Positions 1 to 9,543 of a stretch of DNA of 64,000 bases are shown here, piece after piece. The DNA is from a bacterium (GTDB lineage Bacteria; DRYD01), in the NCBI GenBank assembly GCA_030549815.1, contig JAUQQQ010000002.1, positions 111,232 to 175,231 of the forward strand. Reading direction: 5' to 3'. The notes beneath the pieces are model-generated. The model worked only from the letters and a program-made list of their open reading frames with translations. It ran no database searches and was not told the DNA's origin. Every line of letters begins with the position of its first letter. Position 1 is the stretch's first letter. The translations under genes and the position numbers were made by a program.

Positions 1-1
1 G

Positions 2-820
2 AAAATTAACTACAAAGAGTTTGAAAAATTAATAAAGCATTTAGAGGAAAATAGTGATAGTATTTTGGTTTTTGGGACAACAGGAGAATCCCCTACCCTA
101 ACCCTGGAAGAAAAAATTCAAATAGCTAAATTTGCAAAAGAAACAACAAAATTACCTGTCATAGTAAACATTTCATCAAATAATACTGAAAAATCGCTAA
201 AGGAAATGGAAGAGTTAGAAAAAACAAATGTCGACGGTTTTTTAATAACTACACCTTATTACAATAAACCACCTCAGGATGCTCTTTACGATTATTTCAG
301 CTTATTAGCATCTAAGACTACAAAACCAATCATAATTTATAACATCCCATCAAGAACAGGTGTTGATTTAGAACCAAAAACAATAGCAGAATTATCAAAG
401 ATTAAAAACATAGTTGGATTAAAGCAATCACACAGTGATATTACTAAAATTTCGGAGATACTCCACTTAAATCCCAATTTCACTATTTATTCAGGAGACG
501 ATATTCTAACTCTACCCGCATTGTCCTTAGGTGCTAAGGGAGTTGTCTCAGTTTGTTCTCATATTGCAGGAAAAATGATAAAAAGAATGATAACATTATT
601 CCCAACAAATCCAGATGAAAGTAAAAAAATACATTACCAACTTTATAGATTATTCAAAGTTTTATTCATAACAACAAACCCAATACCTGTTAAATATGCT
701 CTAACTTTATTAGGTTTAGATGTTAATAACTTAAGACCACCACTGAGAAAAGCTAATAAAGAAGAAATGGAGAAAATTAAAGAAGTTGTCCAAGAATTAT
801 TAACCCAAGTTACAAAATAA
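2..820 (+). CDS. dapA: 4-hydroxy-tetrahydrodipicolinate synthase (DapA), 5' end cut by window edge
   Basis: The frame is open from base 2 (..INYKEFEKLIKHLEENSDSILVFGTTGESPTLTLEEK). The translation has typical DapA/NAL-family motifs (FGTTGE, IIYNIPSRTG, GVVSV). The ORF track start at 65 is an internal TTG. Confidence 0.85.
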   Translation, partial: KINYKEFEKLIKHLEENSDSILVFGTTGESPTLTLEEKIQIAKFAKETTKLPVIVNISSNNTEKSLKEMEELEKTNVDGFLITTPYYNKPPQDALYDYFSLLASKTTKPIIIYNIPSRTGVDLEPKTIAELSKIKNIVGLKQSHSDITKISEILHLNPNFTIYSGDDILTLPALSLGAKGVVSVCSHIAGKMIKRMITLFPTNPDESKKIHYQLYRLFKVLFITTNPIPVKYALTLLGLDVNNLRPPLRKANKEEMEKIKEVVQELLTQVTK

Positions 821-844
821 AAAAGATTAATCGAATAGAAAAAT

Positions 845-2833
845 ATGACTTTTGCAGCAACAATAGGAAGATATCAACTAAAAGAAGAAGTAGATAGCAC
901 CCCTTTAGGACAAATTTACCTTGCGTTTGATCCAATAGTTGATAGAGAAGTATATTTACGAATTTTAAGTCCATTTTTATTAGAAAATGATCAGCAAAGA
1001 GATACTCTTTTCAAGGAAGTTCAATTAGCAACTAAAATAAAACATCCCAATATAGCACAAATATACGAAATCCAAGAACAAGAGGGAATATATTTTGTAT
1101 CATTAGAAAAGGTAGAAGGAATTAAGATAGATGAGGTTTTTAAACCTTTAAAAAATCCAACCGAGAGTGATATCCATAAAATAACAGATTTATTCACTAA
1201 AATAGCTGAAGTATTGCAATATATACATGAGTACAATATAATCCACAAAGACCTAAAACCTAAAAATATACTGATACTTGGGGAAAATATAGAAAACATC
1301 AAAATATCGAACATAGCGTTTGGATATTTGGATAGTAATTTTCTTTTTCAGAGTAATCAGTTTTCTGATAAAATGATATTTTGGGCACCTGAACAAATAT
1401 CTAATCCTGATAATATTACAAAAAAGGCAGATATATTTTCATGGGCACTCCTTTTCTACTATTTTTTGACAGGAATTAATCCTTTTGTAAAAGATAGCAT
1501 TACTTTAACTTTAGAAGCAATACAAAAGGAACAGCATAAAAGTTTAAGCAAAGTTATTTCTTTTATTAATCCTTTGCTTTCTTCATTGATAGACAAGTGT
1601 CTTTCTAAGTCTATTGAAGACAGGCCAGAAAATTTCAGAGAAATAATAGATAATCTATATTCCATAAAAAAAGAAAACAAGAAATATCATCTTTCACCTG
1701 CCAAAGCAACCATGCATAACACACTCGGTACAAATTATTTCAAACAAGGTAATTTAGAATTAGCTATATTGGAATGGCAGAAAGCTGTTGATTATGATCC
1801 ATTTAATCCTCTTATTCACAATAATTTAGGAACAGCGTTTGACGGTGTTCAACATTTAAAAGAAGCATTAGAAGAATACAGAAAAGCTGTAGAATTAAGT
1901 CCAGCAAATTTCGTGGCACATTACAACTACGCCTCTGCATTATATAGAATTGGTGAAATAGAAAAATCTATTGAACATTACAGGAAAGTTGTGATGCTTA
2001 ATCCTAAATTTGCAGCAGGACATCACAACTTAGCAAATGCTCTGTATAAAAGAGGATTTACGGAAGAAGCAATAGAAAATTGGCAAAAAGCACTTGTAAT
2101 TAATCCCAATTTAGTTGAAGCAATGTATAATTTAGCCAATGCATATTTTTCTTTAGATAGAATTGAAGAAGCGGTACATTACTGGCAAAAAGTTATAGAA
2201 ATAGACCCTAACTTCGTTATGGCATATTATAGCTTAGCAATATATAATCTGGAAATAGGAGATTTAAACCAAGCAAACGAATATTTCAGTAAATGTATAG
2301 AAATAAACCCTAATTTTGCAGAAGCTTATTTCTATTTAGGTAATATATATTACAACTCATCAGATATATATACAGCGATAGATTATTGGCAAAAATGTGT
2401 TAGCCTAAAACCATCTTTTTGGAAAGCATACTACAATATAGGAAATGTCTATTACATTCAAGGCAATATAGAATTAGCATTGGATAATTGGAAAAAAACA
2501 GTTTTGTATAACCCCGATTTTTGGCAAGCACACTGGAATATAGCAAACGTAAGTTATTTTGAATTGGGAGATATAGATACAGCAATAATAGGTTGGCAAA
2601 AAGTAACAAATATTAATAGAAAACATTGGCAAGCACATCATAATTTAGGAGAAGCGTATTATGTCCAAGGAAAGTATAAATTAGCAATAATGGAGTGGGA
2701 AAGAGTAATAGAACTAAACCCTTATTTCTGGCCTGCTTATTTCAATATAGCTGTTATTTATTTCCAAAGTAAAGAATATTCAAAAGCAATACAATATTGG
2801 ACTAAAGCATTTGCAATAATGCTTTTTGGATAA
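845..2833 (+). CDS. Ser/Thr protein kinase-like domain fused to C-terminal TPR repeats (predicted pseudokinase)
   Basis: It has a kinase catalytic loop HKDLKPKNILI and WAPEQ (APE), followed by about 10 TPR repeats (WQKA..NP periodicity). The Gly-rich loop (LGQIYLAFD), the VAIK Lys (read as VYLRIL) and DFG (read as IAFGY) are degenerate. Confidence 0.7.
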   Translation: MTFAATIGRYQLKEEVDSTPLGQIYLAFDPIVDREVYLRILSPFLLENDQQRDTLFKEVQLATKIKHPNIAQIYEIQEQEGIYFVSLEKVEGIKIDEVFKPLKNPTESDIHKITDLFTKIAEVLQYIHEYNIIHKDLKPKNILILGENIENIKISNIAFGYLDSNFLFQSNQFSDKMIFWAPEQISNPDNITKKADIFSWALLFYYFLTGINPFVKDSITLTLEAIQKEQHKSLSKVISFINPLLSSLIDKCLSKSIEDRPENFREIIDNLYSIKKENKKYHLSPAKATMHNTLGTNYFKQGNLELAILEWQKAVDYDPFNPLIHNNLGTAFDGVQHLKEALEEYRKAVELSPANFVAHYNYASALYRIGEIEKSIEHYRKVVMLNPKFAAGHHNLANALYKRGFTEEAIENWQKALVINPNLVEAMYNLANAYFSLDRIEEAVHYWQKVIEIDPNFVMAYYSLAIYNLEIGDLNQANEYFSKCIEINPNFAEAYFYLGNIYYNSSDIYTAIDYWQKCVSLKPSFWKAYYNIGNVYYIQGNIELALDNWKKTVLYNPDFWQAHWNIANVSYFELGDIDTAIIGWQKVTNINRKHWQAHHNLGEAYYVQGKYKLAIMEWERVIELNPYFWPAYFNIAVIYFQSKEYSKAIQYWTKAFAIMLFG

Positions 2834-2835
2834 AT

Positions 2836-3750
2836 ATGATTAACACCTTCATTTATTCACTAAATAAAAATATTTTCAAATTGCTATCAATATATTTAAA
2901 AAAAGAATATAAAGAAAACATCGATACCCTATCTTTGCCAGTAGAAACTAATGAATTTCGAAAATTGATTAATCTGTTTAATCCACAAAAAATAACATAT
3001 GAAAACATTGTTTTTTATACAAAATCTTCAGAAAAATTCAAAGAAATGGTATCAAGTGATTTCAATATACTAATTTTTAATTCTAAGCAACAAATGGAGG
3101 AAGAAGCAAAAAGTATAAAAGAGAGAGATATTGAAATTATTAATAATTATTTAAATTCCAAAGCAATACAAAAAAATCCTGATCTAAAGCCCAAAATAGA
3201 GCAAATAACAACCTACATAAATAAATTCCCAAGTTTAAAAATTAGTGAATCAATACAAATAAATTCACAATATGAAGAAATAATAACTCTACTAAGTTTG
3301 ATATCAATTAAAAAAAATTTAATAATCGTTGATGAAGAAAAAGTAGAAGAAAATGAAACAATTGTTCTCTATTATCCTCTTTCGTTGTTAGTTGAAATAA
3401 ATGAATTGGAAGAAAACGACGCTAAAACTTTTCTTAGTTCTTTAAATCTATCAACAGATTTAGAAGAAGAAGTAGAAAAAATAGTAAAAAAAATAGTTGA
3501 TAGAATTTTATTACATTGGACCATATTCTATACAGGTAACAAAAAAGAAGTGAAAGAATATTTGGTACCTATAAACACTGATGTATTAAAAGCAAGTAGT
3601 AAAATACACACAGATATAGCCAAAAAATTCATACAAGCAGAAGTTTGCAACATTACTGAAATGGTAGATAATAAATTACCACCATTCAAAACATTCGGAA
3701 AAACATACATAGTTCAAAATCATGATTACCTATCAATAAAAACATCATAA
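2836..3750 (+). CDS. YchF/Ola1-like protein retaining the C-terminal TGS/DUF933 region but lacking the GTPase P-loop
   Basis: The C-terminus KIHTDIAKKFIQAEV...GKTYIVQNHDYLSIK aligns to YchF IHTDFEKGFIRAE...GKDYIVKDGDVM, and FYTGNKKEVKEYLVP matches YFTAGVKEVRAWTIP. There is no GxxxxGKS/T motif anywhere. The gene abuts the upstream kinase stop with a 2 nt gap. Confidence 0.45.
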   Translation: MINTFIYSLNKNIFKLLSIYLKKEYKENIDTLSLPVETNEFRKLINLFNPQKITYENIVFYTKSSEKFKEMVSSDFNILIFNSKQQMEEEAKSIKERDIEIINNYLNSKAIQKNPDLKPKIEQITTYINKFPSLKISESIQINSQYEEIITLLSLISIKKNLIIVDEEKVEENETIVLYYPLSLLVEINELEENDAKTFLSSLNLSTDLEEEVEKIVKKIVDRILLHWTIFYTGNKKEVKEYLVPINTDVLKASSKIHTDIAKKFIQAEVCNITEMVDNKLPPFKTFGKTYIVQNHDYLSIKTS

Positions 3751-3752
3751 AA

Positions 3753-4532
3753 ATGGATGGAGAAAAATTTCTACTTTGGAATTCAGAAGAATCCTCCATT
3801 CTTATAACCACGGGGAGGGGGCTCTCATCACAAGGGAAAGGGCTATCATCCCTAAAAGATAAAATCATTTTTACTCACAAGGGGAAAATAGAGATTGAAA
3901 ACTTAGAGTATGGAGATACCATTTTTTCGACGCAATCAAAAAAATATTTTGTTTTAAAACCTACAAATGAAGATATAAATTCAAAAATAACAAGAAAAAC
4001 TAATACGTTTGTAATAAAAGATTTAAGTATGATTTTGAGCTATACTTCAGTAAACAAGTTTTCGAAAGTTTTAGAGATAGGAGTAGGTAGTGGTGCTTGT
4101 AATATTTTCCTTTCAAATTTTGTTAATAAAGTAGTTTCAATAGATATAGATATAAACAATCTTAGAATTTCCAAAGAAAATATAATAAAATACGGGAATA
4201 GTAGGGATTCATTTTTGATTTTATCGAATGAAAAGTTGATTTCTTTTAAAAAAGAATCATTTGATTGTATTGTTATCGATATTCCCGAGCCAGAGATATA
4301 TGTAGATCTGTGTTATGATGTTTTGAAATTTGGTGGTGATTTGGTTTTTGCTGTTCCAAATATAGAGCAAGTGAAAAGAGCAAGGGAAGTTTTTTCTAAA
4401 CATAAATTCGTTTATTTCAGGACAATAGAAGTATGGGTAAGAAAGTGGTTAGTAAGACCGAATTACAGCAGACCACACCATGAAATGCAAGCACACTCAA
4501 TGTTCTTTACTTTCTGCAAAAAAATAAAATGA
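3753..4532 (+). CDS. trmI: tRNA (adenine-N1)-methyltransferase, TrmI/Gcd14 family
   Basis: SAM motif VLEIGVGSGA. Overall N- and C-terminal collinearity with TrmI (the ..IEVWVRKWLVRP..HSMFFTFCKK tail). 259 aa. Confidence 0.8.
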   Translation: MDGEKFLLWNSEESSILITTGRGLSSQGKGLSSLKDKIIFTHKGKIEIENLEYGDTIFSTQSKKYFVLKPTNEDINSKITRKTNTFVIKDLSMILSYTSVNKFSKVLEIGVGSGACNIFLSNFVNKVVSIDIDINNLRISKENIIKYGNSRDSFLILSNEKLISFKKESFDCIVIDIPEPEIYVDLCYDVLKFGGDLVFAVPNIEQVKRAREVFSKHKFVYFRTIEVWVRKWLVRPNYSRPHHEMQAHSMFFTFCKKIK

Positions 4533-5152
4533 ACATAATTGAAATAGAGGACCTATCTTTTTCATATAAAGATAAACCAATTTTTGAAAAATTATCAGTT
4601 AGAATACCTAATAATTCAATTAATTTTTTAATCGGTACTAACGGAAGCGGAAAAACTACATTTCTTAAAATCCTTTTCTTCAACAATAAAAAATACTTAA
4701 AAACAGATGATTTTCAATTCATATGGGAATTTCAAAATTTATACGAAGAATTAACAGTTCTACAAAATTTTAAAATCTTTTTCCATCTTAACAAAAAGAA
4801 AAATTTGGAATTTGAAAAAGAATTAGGAAAAATACTGAAATACTTTAATATTAAAGAATACTTAAACAAAGAAGTAAAAAAGTTATCCTATGGTTACAAG
4901 CAAAGAGTTTTAATAGCAAGGTCAATAATGATTAATCCAAAGCTATTAATTATAGATGAGCCTTTTTTAGGTTTAGATTATTCTTCTTATCTTTCTTTTC
5001 TAAAAATCATCAATGATTACAATGAAAACACTACGTTTTTAATATCTACACAAAACCCAAATACTAAAACAGAATTCCTAAATATTTTTCAAAGACAAGA
5101 AAAAAATAAAATAAACCTTAACGAACAAATTACACTTTTCACAATATTATGA
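4529..5152 (+). CDS. ABC-type ATPase (stand-alone nucleotide-binding protein)
   Basis: Walker A GTNGSGKTT, Q-loop LTVLQN, signature-like LSYGYKQRV and Walker B LLIIDEP. The start overlaps the trmI stop as ATGA. No permease gene is adjacent. Confidence 0.75.
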   Translation: MNIIEIEDLSFSYKDKPIFEKLSVRIPNNSINFLIGTNGSGKTTFLKILFFNNKKYLKTDDFQFIWEFQNLYEELTVLQNFKIFFHLNKKKNLEFEKELGKILKYFNIKEYLNKEVKKLSYGYKQRVLIARSIMINPKLLIIDEPFLGLDYSSYLSFLKIINDYNENTTFLISTQNPNTKTEFLNIFQRQEKNKINLNEQITLFTIL

Positions 5153-6921
5153 AAGTGGAAAAGAGAACACTTTTTGAATACAAGCAACAGAATGATTTTT
5201 TGAATAAACTTAATGAAGTCCAAAGAATAGCGGTAGAAAGCCCAATTAAGCAACAATTGGTATTGGCTGGCCCTGGAACAGGAAAAACAACCGTAATAAC
5301 ATTCAAAACAATTTTTTTACTTTTAAATAATAACATAAATCCTGAAAAACTATTAATTCTTACCTTTACCAACAAAGCAGCAGATGAAATGATAAGAAGA
5401 ATAAAGCAATATACAAATCAAAAAATACCCTACATAGGAACTTTTCACTCTGTCATAATCAAAATATTGAGAGAAAATTTACCTATAAAAACAACCCAAT
5501 ATTCAATAAATGATAAAATAAACATAGTTGATGAGGAAGAAAAAATCGAAATCATCAAAAACATTTTATCAAAAAATAAAAACAAAAAGAAACATAGCCC
5601 TTATATGATCTCAAACATTATATCTTCGATAAAAAATGGAATACCAGTAAAGGTAAAAAATGATGAAATTGAAGAAATAATTTTTGAATACAACCACTTT
5701 TTAAAGAAGATAAATTCACTCGATTTTGATGATATTATCCTTTGTATGAACAATTTGTTAACCGAAAACAAAAAAACAAAAGAAAAAATTTCTAACAAAT
5801 TCGATTATGTAATTATTGATGAATTTCAAGATATAAACAAAACTCAGTTTGAATTTGTATATCATATAACTGGAAGAGAAAAGGCAATATTTGCAGTAGG
5901 TGACGATGATCAAAGTATATACCGATTCAGAAATTCAGACGTAGAAATAATGCTAAATTTTAAGAAATACTATCCTGAATCAGAACTAATAATATTAAAA
6001 TACAATTATCGATCAGGTTCTAAGATAATAAAAACTTGTAGCCAGTTAATATCTTTTAATATTAATAGATTTGAAAAAAATATCCTTCCTTTTTATTCAA
6101 AAAATGATGAGGTTGAAATCAGGATTTTTAAGGACGAAGAAAATGAATTCGATTATATAGCTCAAAAAATTAATGAAAATAAAGATAAGCATATTGCTGT
6201 TTTATGTAGAACAAATGATGTAGGCAAGGAAATAGAAAAAAACCTTATAAAAAGAGGAATAAACGCAAAATTCGTAGGTAACTATGATTTTTTCGAAAGA
6301 AAAGAAGTAAAAGATATTATCGCTTTCCTTAAAGTTATTAATAATCCTAAAGATGACCTGAACTTAATTAGAATCCTTAAAAATTATTTCAAACTAAAAA
6401 AATCGGAACTAAATAAAATAATTGCTAAAATGGAAGAAAAAAATGTAATAGATGTCCTTGAAGAGGAGAATTTTGAAATATACACAAAAATAAATGAACT
6501 AATCAAAAAACAAAATAAAAGCGTTGATACTGTACTTGAAAAAATTATTGAACTAACAGAAAAAAATGAGATAAATGAAACTTTTTTAAGCTTTGTTAAC
6601 AACTTTTGCAAAAACAATGAAAAAAATGACGTTGAATCATTTCTAAATTACATAACACTTATAAGAATGAACAATGAGCAAAAAGTGGAGAAGAAAAATA
6701 AAGTATGGATAATGACAATGCATTCTTCTAAAGGTTTGGAATTTGAAGTAGTTTTTGTTTGTAGAGTTAAACAAGGAGTAATACCACATTTCAAAACAAG
6801 CGATGATGAAAAAGAGGAAGAGCGAAGGCTATTGTATGTTGCTCTTTCTAGGGCTAAGGAAAAACTATATATAACCACTCCAGTACCTCCCTCAGAATTT
6901 ATTATTCCACTCCTAAATTGA
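5149..6921 (+). CDS. UvrD/PcrA/Rep-family SF1 DNA helicase
   Basis: GPGTGKTT (motif I), VIIDEFQD (motif II), NYRSGSKI (motif IV), MTMHSSKGLEFEVVF and RRLLYVALSRAKEKLYI (motifs V/VI). The start overlaps the ABC ATPase stop by 4 nt. Confidence 0.8.
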   Translation: MKVEKRTLFEYKQQNDFLNKLNEVQRIAVESPIKQQLVLAGPGTGKTTVITFKTIFLLLNNNINPEKLLILTFTNKAADEMIRRIKQYTNQKIPYIGTFHSVIIKILRENLPIKTTQYSINDKINIVDEEEKIEIIKNILSKNKNKKKHSPYMISNIISSIKNGIPVKVKNDEIEEIIFEYNHFLKKINSLDFDDIILCMNNLLTENKKTKEKISNKFDYVIIDEFQDINKTQFEFVYHITGREKAIFAVGDDDQSIYRFRNSDVEIMLNFKKYYPESELIILKYNYRSGSKIIKTCSQLISFNINRFEKNILPFYSKNDEVEIRIFKDEENEFDYIAQKINENKDKHIAVLCRTNDVGKEIEKNLIKRGINAKFVGNYDFFERKEVKDIIAFLKVINNPKDDLNLIRILKNYFKLKKSELNKIIAKMEEKNVIDVLEEENFEIYTKINELIKKQNKSVDTVLEKIIELTEKNEINETFLSFVNNFCKNNEKNDVESFLNYITLIRMNNEQKVEKKNKVWIMTMHSSKGLEFEVVFVCRVKQGVIPHFKTSDDEKEEERRLLYVALSRAKEKLYITTPVPPSEFIIPLLN

Positions 6922-6957
6922 TTTTGTAAAGGTAATTAACTAATTATATAGAATTAA

Positions 6958-8175
6958 TTGATTATGATAAATTACATTTTGTTTTCAATATTTGTCCTAA
7001 TAACGTTTGCTTTAGCATTTTTTACAATAAAAGCTGAAAAAAATAAATTCCAAATAATAAAACATTCAAAAACAATATTATCTATTATCTCTGTCTATTT
7101 TGGCTTTTTTTTACTTATAATTTTTTACTCCATTTTTTCAGGAAAAATATACAATATGCTGGGAATAGATTTTGTAGGTGGAACTCTTACTGAAATAAAA
7201 ATTCCCAAAAACATTACTGATACCGATTTATCAAATATTTATAAAAAATATAATATGGAAATAACAATTCAAGACGTAATTCTGCAAGAACAAGAGAAAG
7301 ATAAAAGAACAATAGTAATAAAGACAAAACCAATGGATGAAAAACAAAAAAATGAAATATTAAAAGAACTAAAAAATATGGGTGCAGAGATAAGAAAAAC
7401 TGAAAATATCAGTGCAACAATAGGAAAAGAAACATTGATAAATGCCCTAATAGCACTCATAATTGCATTAATTGCTCAAGTTATTTATATAGCATTTAGA
7501 TTCGGAAACAATATAATGTACGGAATTATTGCAGATATAGGACTAATACATGATGTTGTTATCATGTTAGGCGTTTATGTTATACTTGGAATGCTTGGTT
7601 TTGCTGGTTTTGAAATAAACAGTATTTTCTTAGCTGCGGTCCTTACAGTAGTAGGATATTCAGTAATGGATACAATCATAATTTTCGACAGAATTAGAGA
7701 AAACCTAAGAATAGAGTTAAAGAAAAATCAAAAAATTTCGTTAGATGAGTTCGACAATTTAATAAATAATTCTATTATTCAAACAATCGTTAGGTCAGTT
7801 TTCACTACTTTCACAGTTTTACTAACATTGTGGGGTATAGTTTTTTTAGGTGGAGAAACATTAAGAAGTTTTGCAATAGCTTTATCAGTAGGAACATTTA
7901 GTGGAGCTTTTTCTTCAATATTTATTGCAGCACCATTGGTTTCAATCTTTAAAGAAAAAATTCTTTCCAAAGATATCAAATTAATAACTGAAGAAGGGGA
8001 ACCTGAGAAAACCAAAGCTTTAGCCCAAAACATAATGCAAATCTTTGCACATCAACAAGAAAATCCCGAAGAAATCCAAGAAGAAGTAAAAAATATAGAA
8101 GTTAAACAAGACCCAAAAAGCATAAGAAATAAATATCTCAGAACCAAATTAATTAGAAAAGAAAAAAATCAATGA
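6958..8175 (+). CDS. secF: protein translocase subunit SecF-like (SecD/SecF family) with a charged C-terminal extension
   Basis: GIDFVGGT motif, a conserved RFG..IHDV..block and TVVGYSVMDTIIIFDRIREN. The protein is predicted to be polytopic. Confidence 0.6.
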   Translation: MIMINYILFSIFVLITFALAFFTIKAEKNKFQIIKHSKTILSIISVYFGFFLLIIFYSIFSGKIYNMLGIDFVGGTLTEIKIPKNITDTDLSNIYKKYNMEITIQDVILQEQEKDKRTIVIKTKPMDEKQKNEILKELKNMGAEIRKTENISATIGKETLINALIALIIALIAQVIYIAFRFGNNIMYGIIADIGLIHDVVIMLGVYVILGMLGFAGFEINSIFLAAVLTVVGYSVMDTIIIFDRIRENLRIELKKNQKISLDEFDNLINNSIIQTIVRSVFTTFTVLLTLWGIVFLGGETLRSFAIALSVGTFSGAFSSIFIAAPLVSIFKEKILSKDIKLITEEGEPEKTKALAQNIMQIFAHQQENPEEIQEEVKNIEVKQDPKSIRNKYLRTKLIRKEKNQ

Positions 8176-8354
8176 AATAATCATTTAAGAAAAATTTAAG
8201 AAAAACCCAAGAAAACTCTCCACAAATTATTCTCATTTGTATTCTTATTAATTCCTGGCGTAAAGGAAATTTTCAAAGACAGTTTCAGGAAGTAGTTTAA
8301 CTATTATCTCCAGTAACTTATGACTATTTAAGACTAAAATTCGTTATTACAAAA

Positions 8355-9414
8355 TTATATTTTAAAAACTTTTATTTTTCCATTTCTTTGGGTAAAAACA
8401 AAATATTTTCCATCATGGGAAATTTTTATATATCCTAACATTTCATTATCAATAACTTTTTCCAAAGCATAATTTTCTTCTTTTTTACCCACGTAAACAT
8501 CCATTCTGTTAAATTTTGGTTTGAAATTACCGATTATTATTGATTCTGAGTTTTTAGAAATGAAATTATATGAAGGTGGGAAATCTATTTGTTTTTGAAG
8601 ATAAATTTTATTTGAACTATAATCGAACAATGAATAATAAATTTGATTATTTTTCTTTATTCCGTATAAAATAAAATTATAAGAAAAACTTAATCCGCTA
8701 AAAGTTTCCCCTTCATCAATTTTCTTCATTTTTAATTCTTTATCAACTAATCCTAAATATTGTTTTTTATTTTCTTTTCCAACAAAAGCAATTTGTGAGT
8801 GGTTTAGAATTACAAAATTTAATGGATCAAATTTTTTTTCAAAAGCAGTTATGTTAAAGCCAGTGTTTATAAAACTTGGTTTATTTTCCACAGATTCTAT
8901 TTTCACGATATAATCATCTGTTGCATTTTGTTTTTCATCCATATAGTATCCTGTTGTAAATAAATTTTCTCCTTCGTACCAAATAAGCCCAAAAAACCTG
9001 AATGATTTCTTCCCATACTTAACAGTCGATAATTCTCTATAAGAATAATTTTTCATATCTATAACAGCTAAGGTAGTCAATTTATTACCTATTAGGAATA
9101 ATTTGCTGTCATCGTTACTAAAAAGGGATTGTTGAATACTATACATAGGTATATCGATTGAATCTATTTTATTGTTCTCCAAATTAATAAAGAATAGTCG
9201 GTAATTTTTATTTTGTTTTTTCATAGATACATTATTTATTGGTGCCATTGCGAATAATATCTTTGATGAATTATTAAATCCTCCTACGTAGAATTTTTTA
9301 GTATCCAGATTTTGGTCCGCTATATTATACAAGTCATATTCTTTAAAAACTGATGCAAAAACTAAGGAGATTATGAAAATAACAAAGGCCATTATACTTA
9401 TAAACTTTTTCATT
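8355..9414 (-). CDS. hypothetical secreted/lipoprotein-like protein, possibly propeller-like
   Basis: The likely true start is MKKFISIMAFVIF at 9414, preceded by AAGGAGG. It has a signal-peptide-like N-terminus and no recognisable catalytic motif. Confidence 0.4.
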
Positions 9415-9481
9415 ATTTGTTTCCTCCTTGGTGGAATAGATCCCACCCTTAAAATGTTAATTCATTTTTTATATTAGACAC

Positions 9482-9521
9482 AAAATAAACTCCCCCTTTG
9501 AAAAAAATATCAAAGGGGGAG
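9482..9521 (-). terminator. intrinsic terminator hairpin downstream of the 9544-10569 gene
   Basis: A perfect 12 bp inverted repeat, CTCCCCCTTTGA / TCAAAGGGGGAG, spans 9490-9521 with a 7 nt loop. It is followed by a T-rich run on the minus strand (TTTATTTT). Confidence 0.7.
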
Positions 9522-9543
9522 CTTGGTTACATGAATTCAATAT

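Noticed and set aside
845-6921. Considered whether kinase + methyltransferase + ATPase + helicase form a BREX/Pgl- or DISARM-like defence operon
   Set aside because: The methyltransferase is a clear TrmI tRNA m1A58 enzyme of housekeeping size (259 aa), not a PglX/DrmMI DNA MTase. No PglZ, PLD or DUF1998 partners are present, and the flanks are housekeeping genes.
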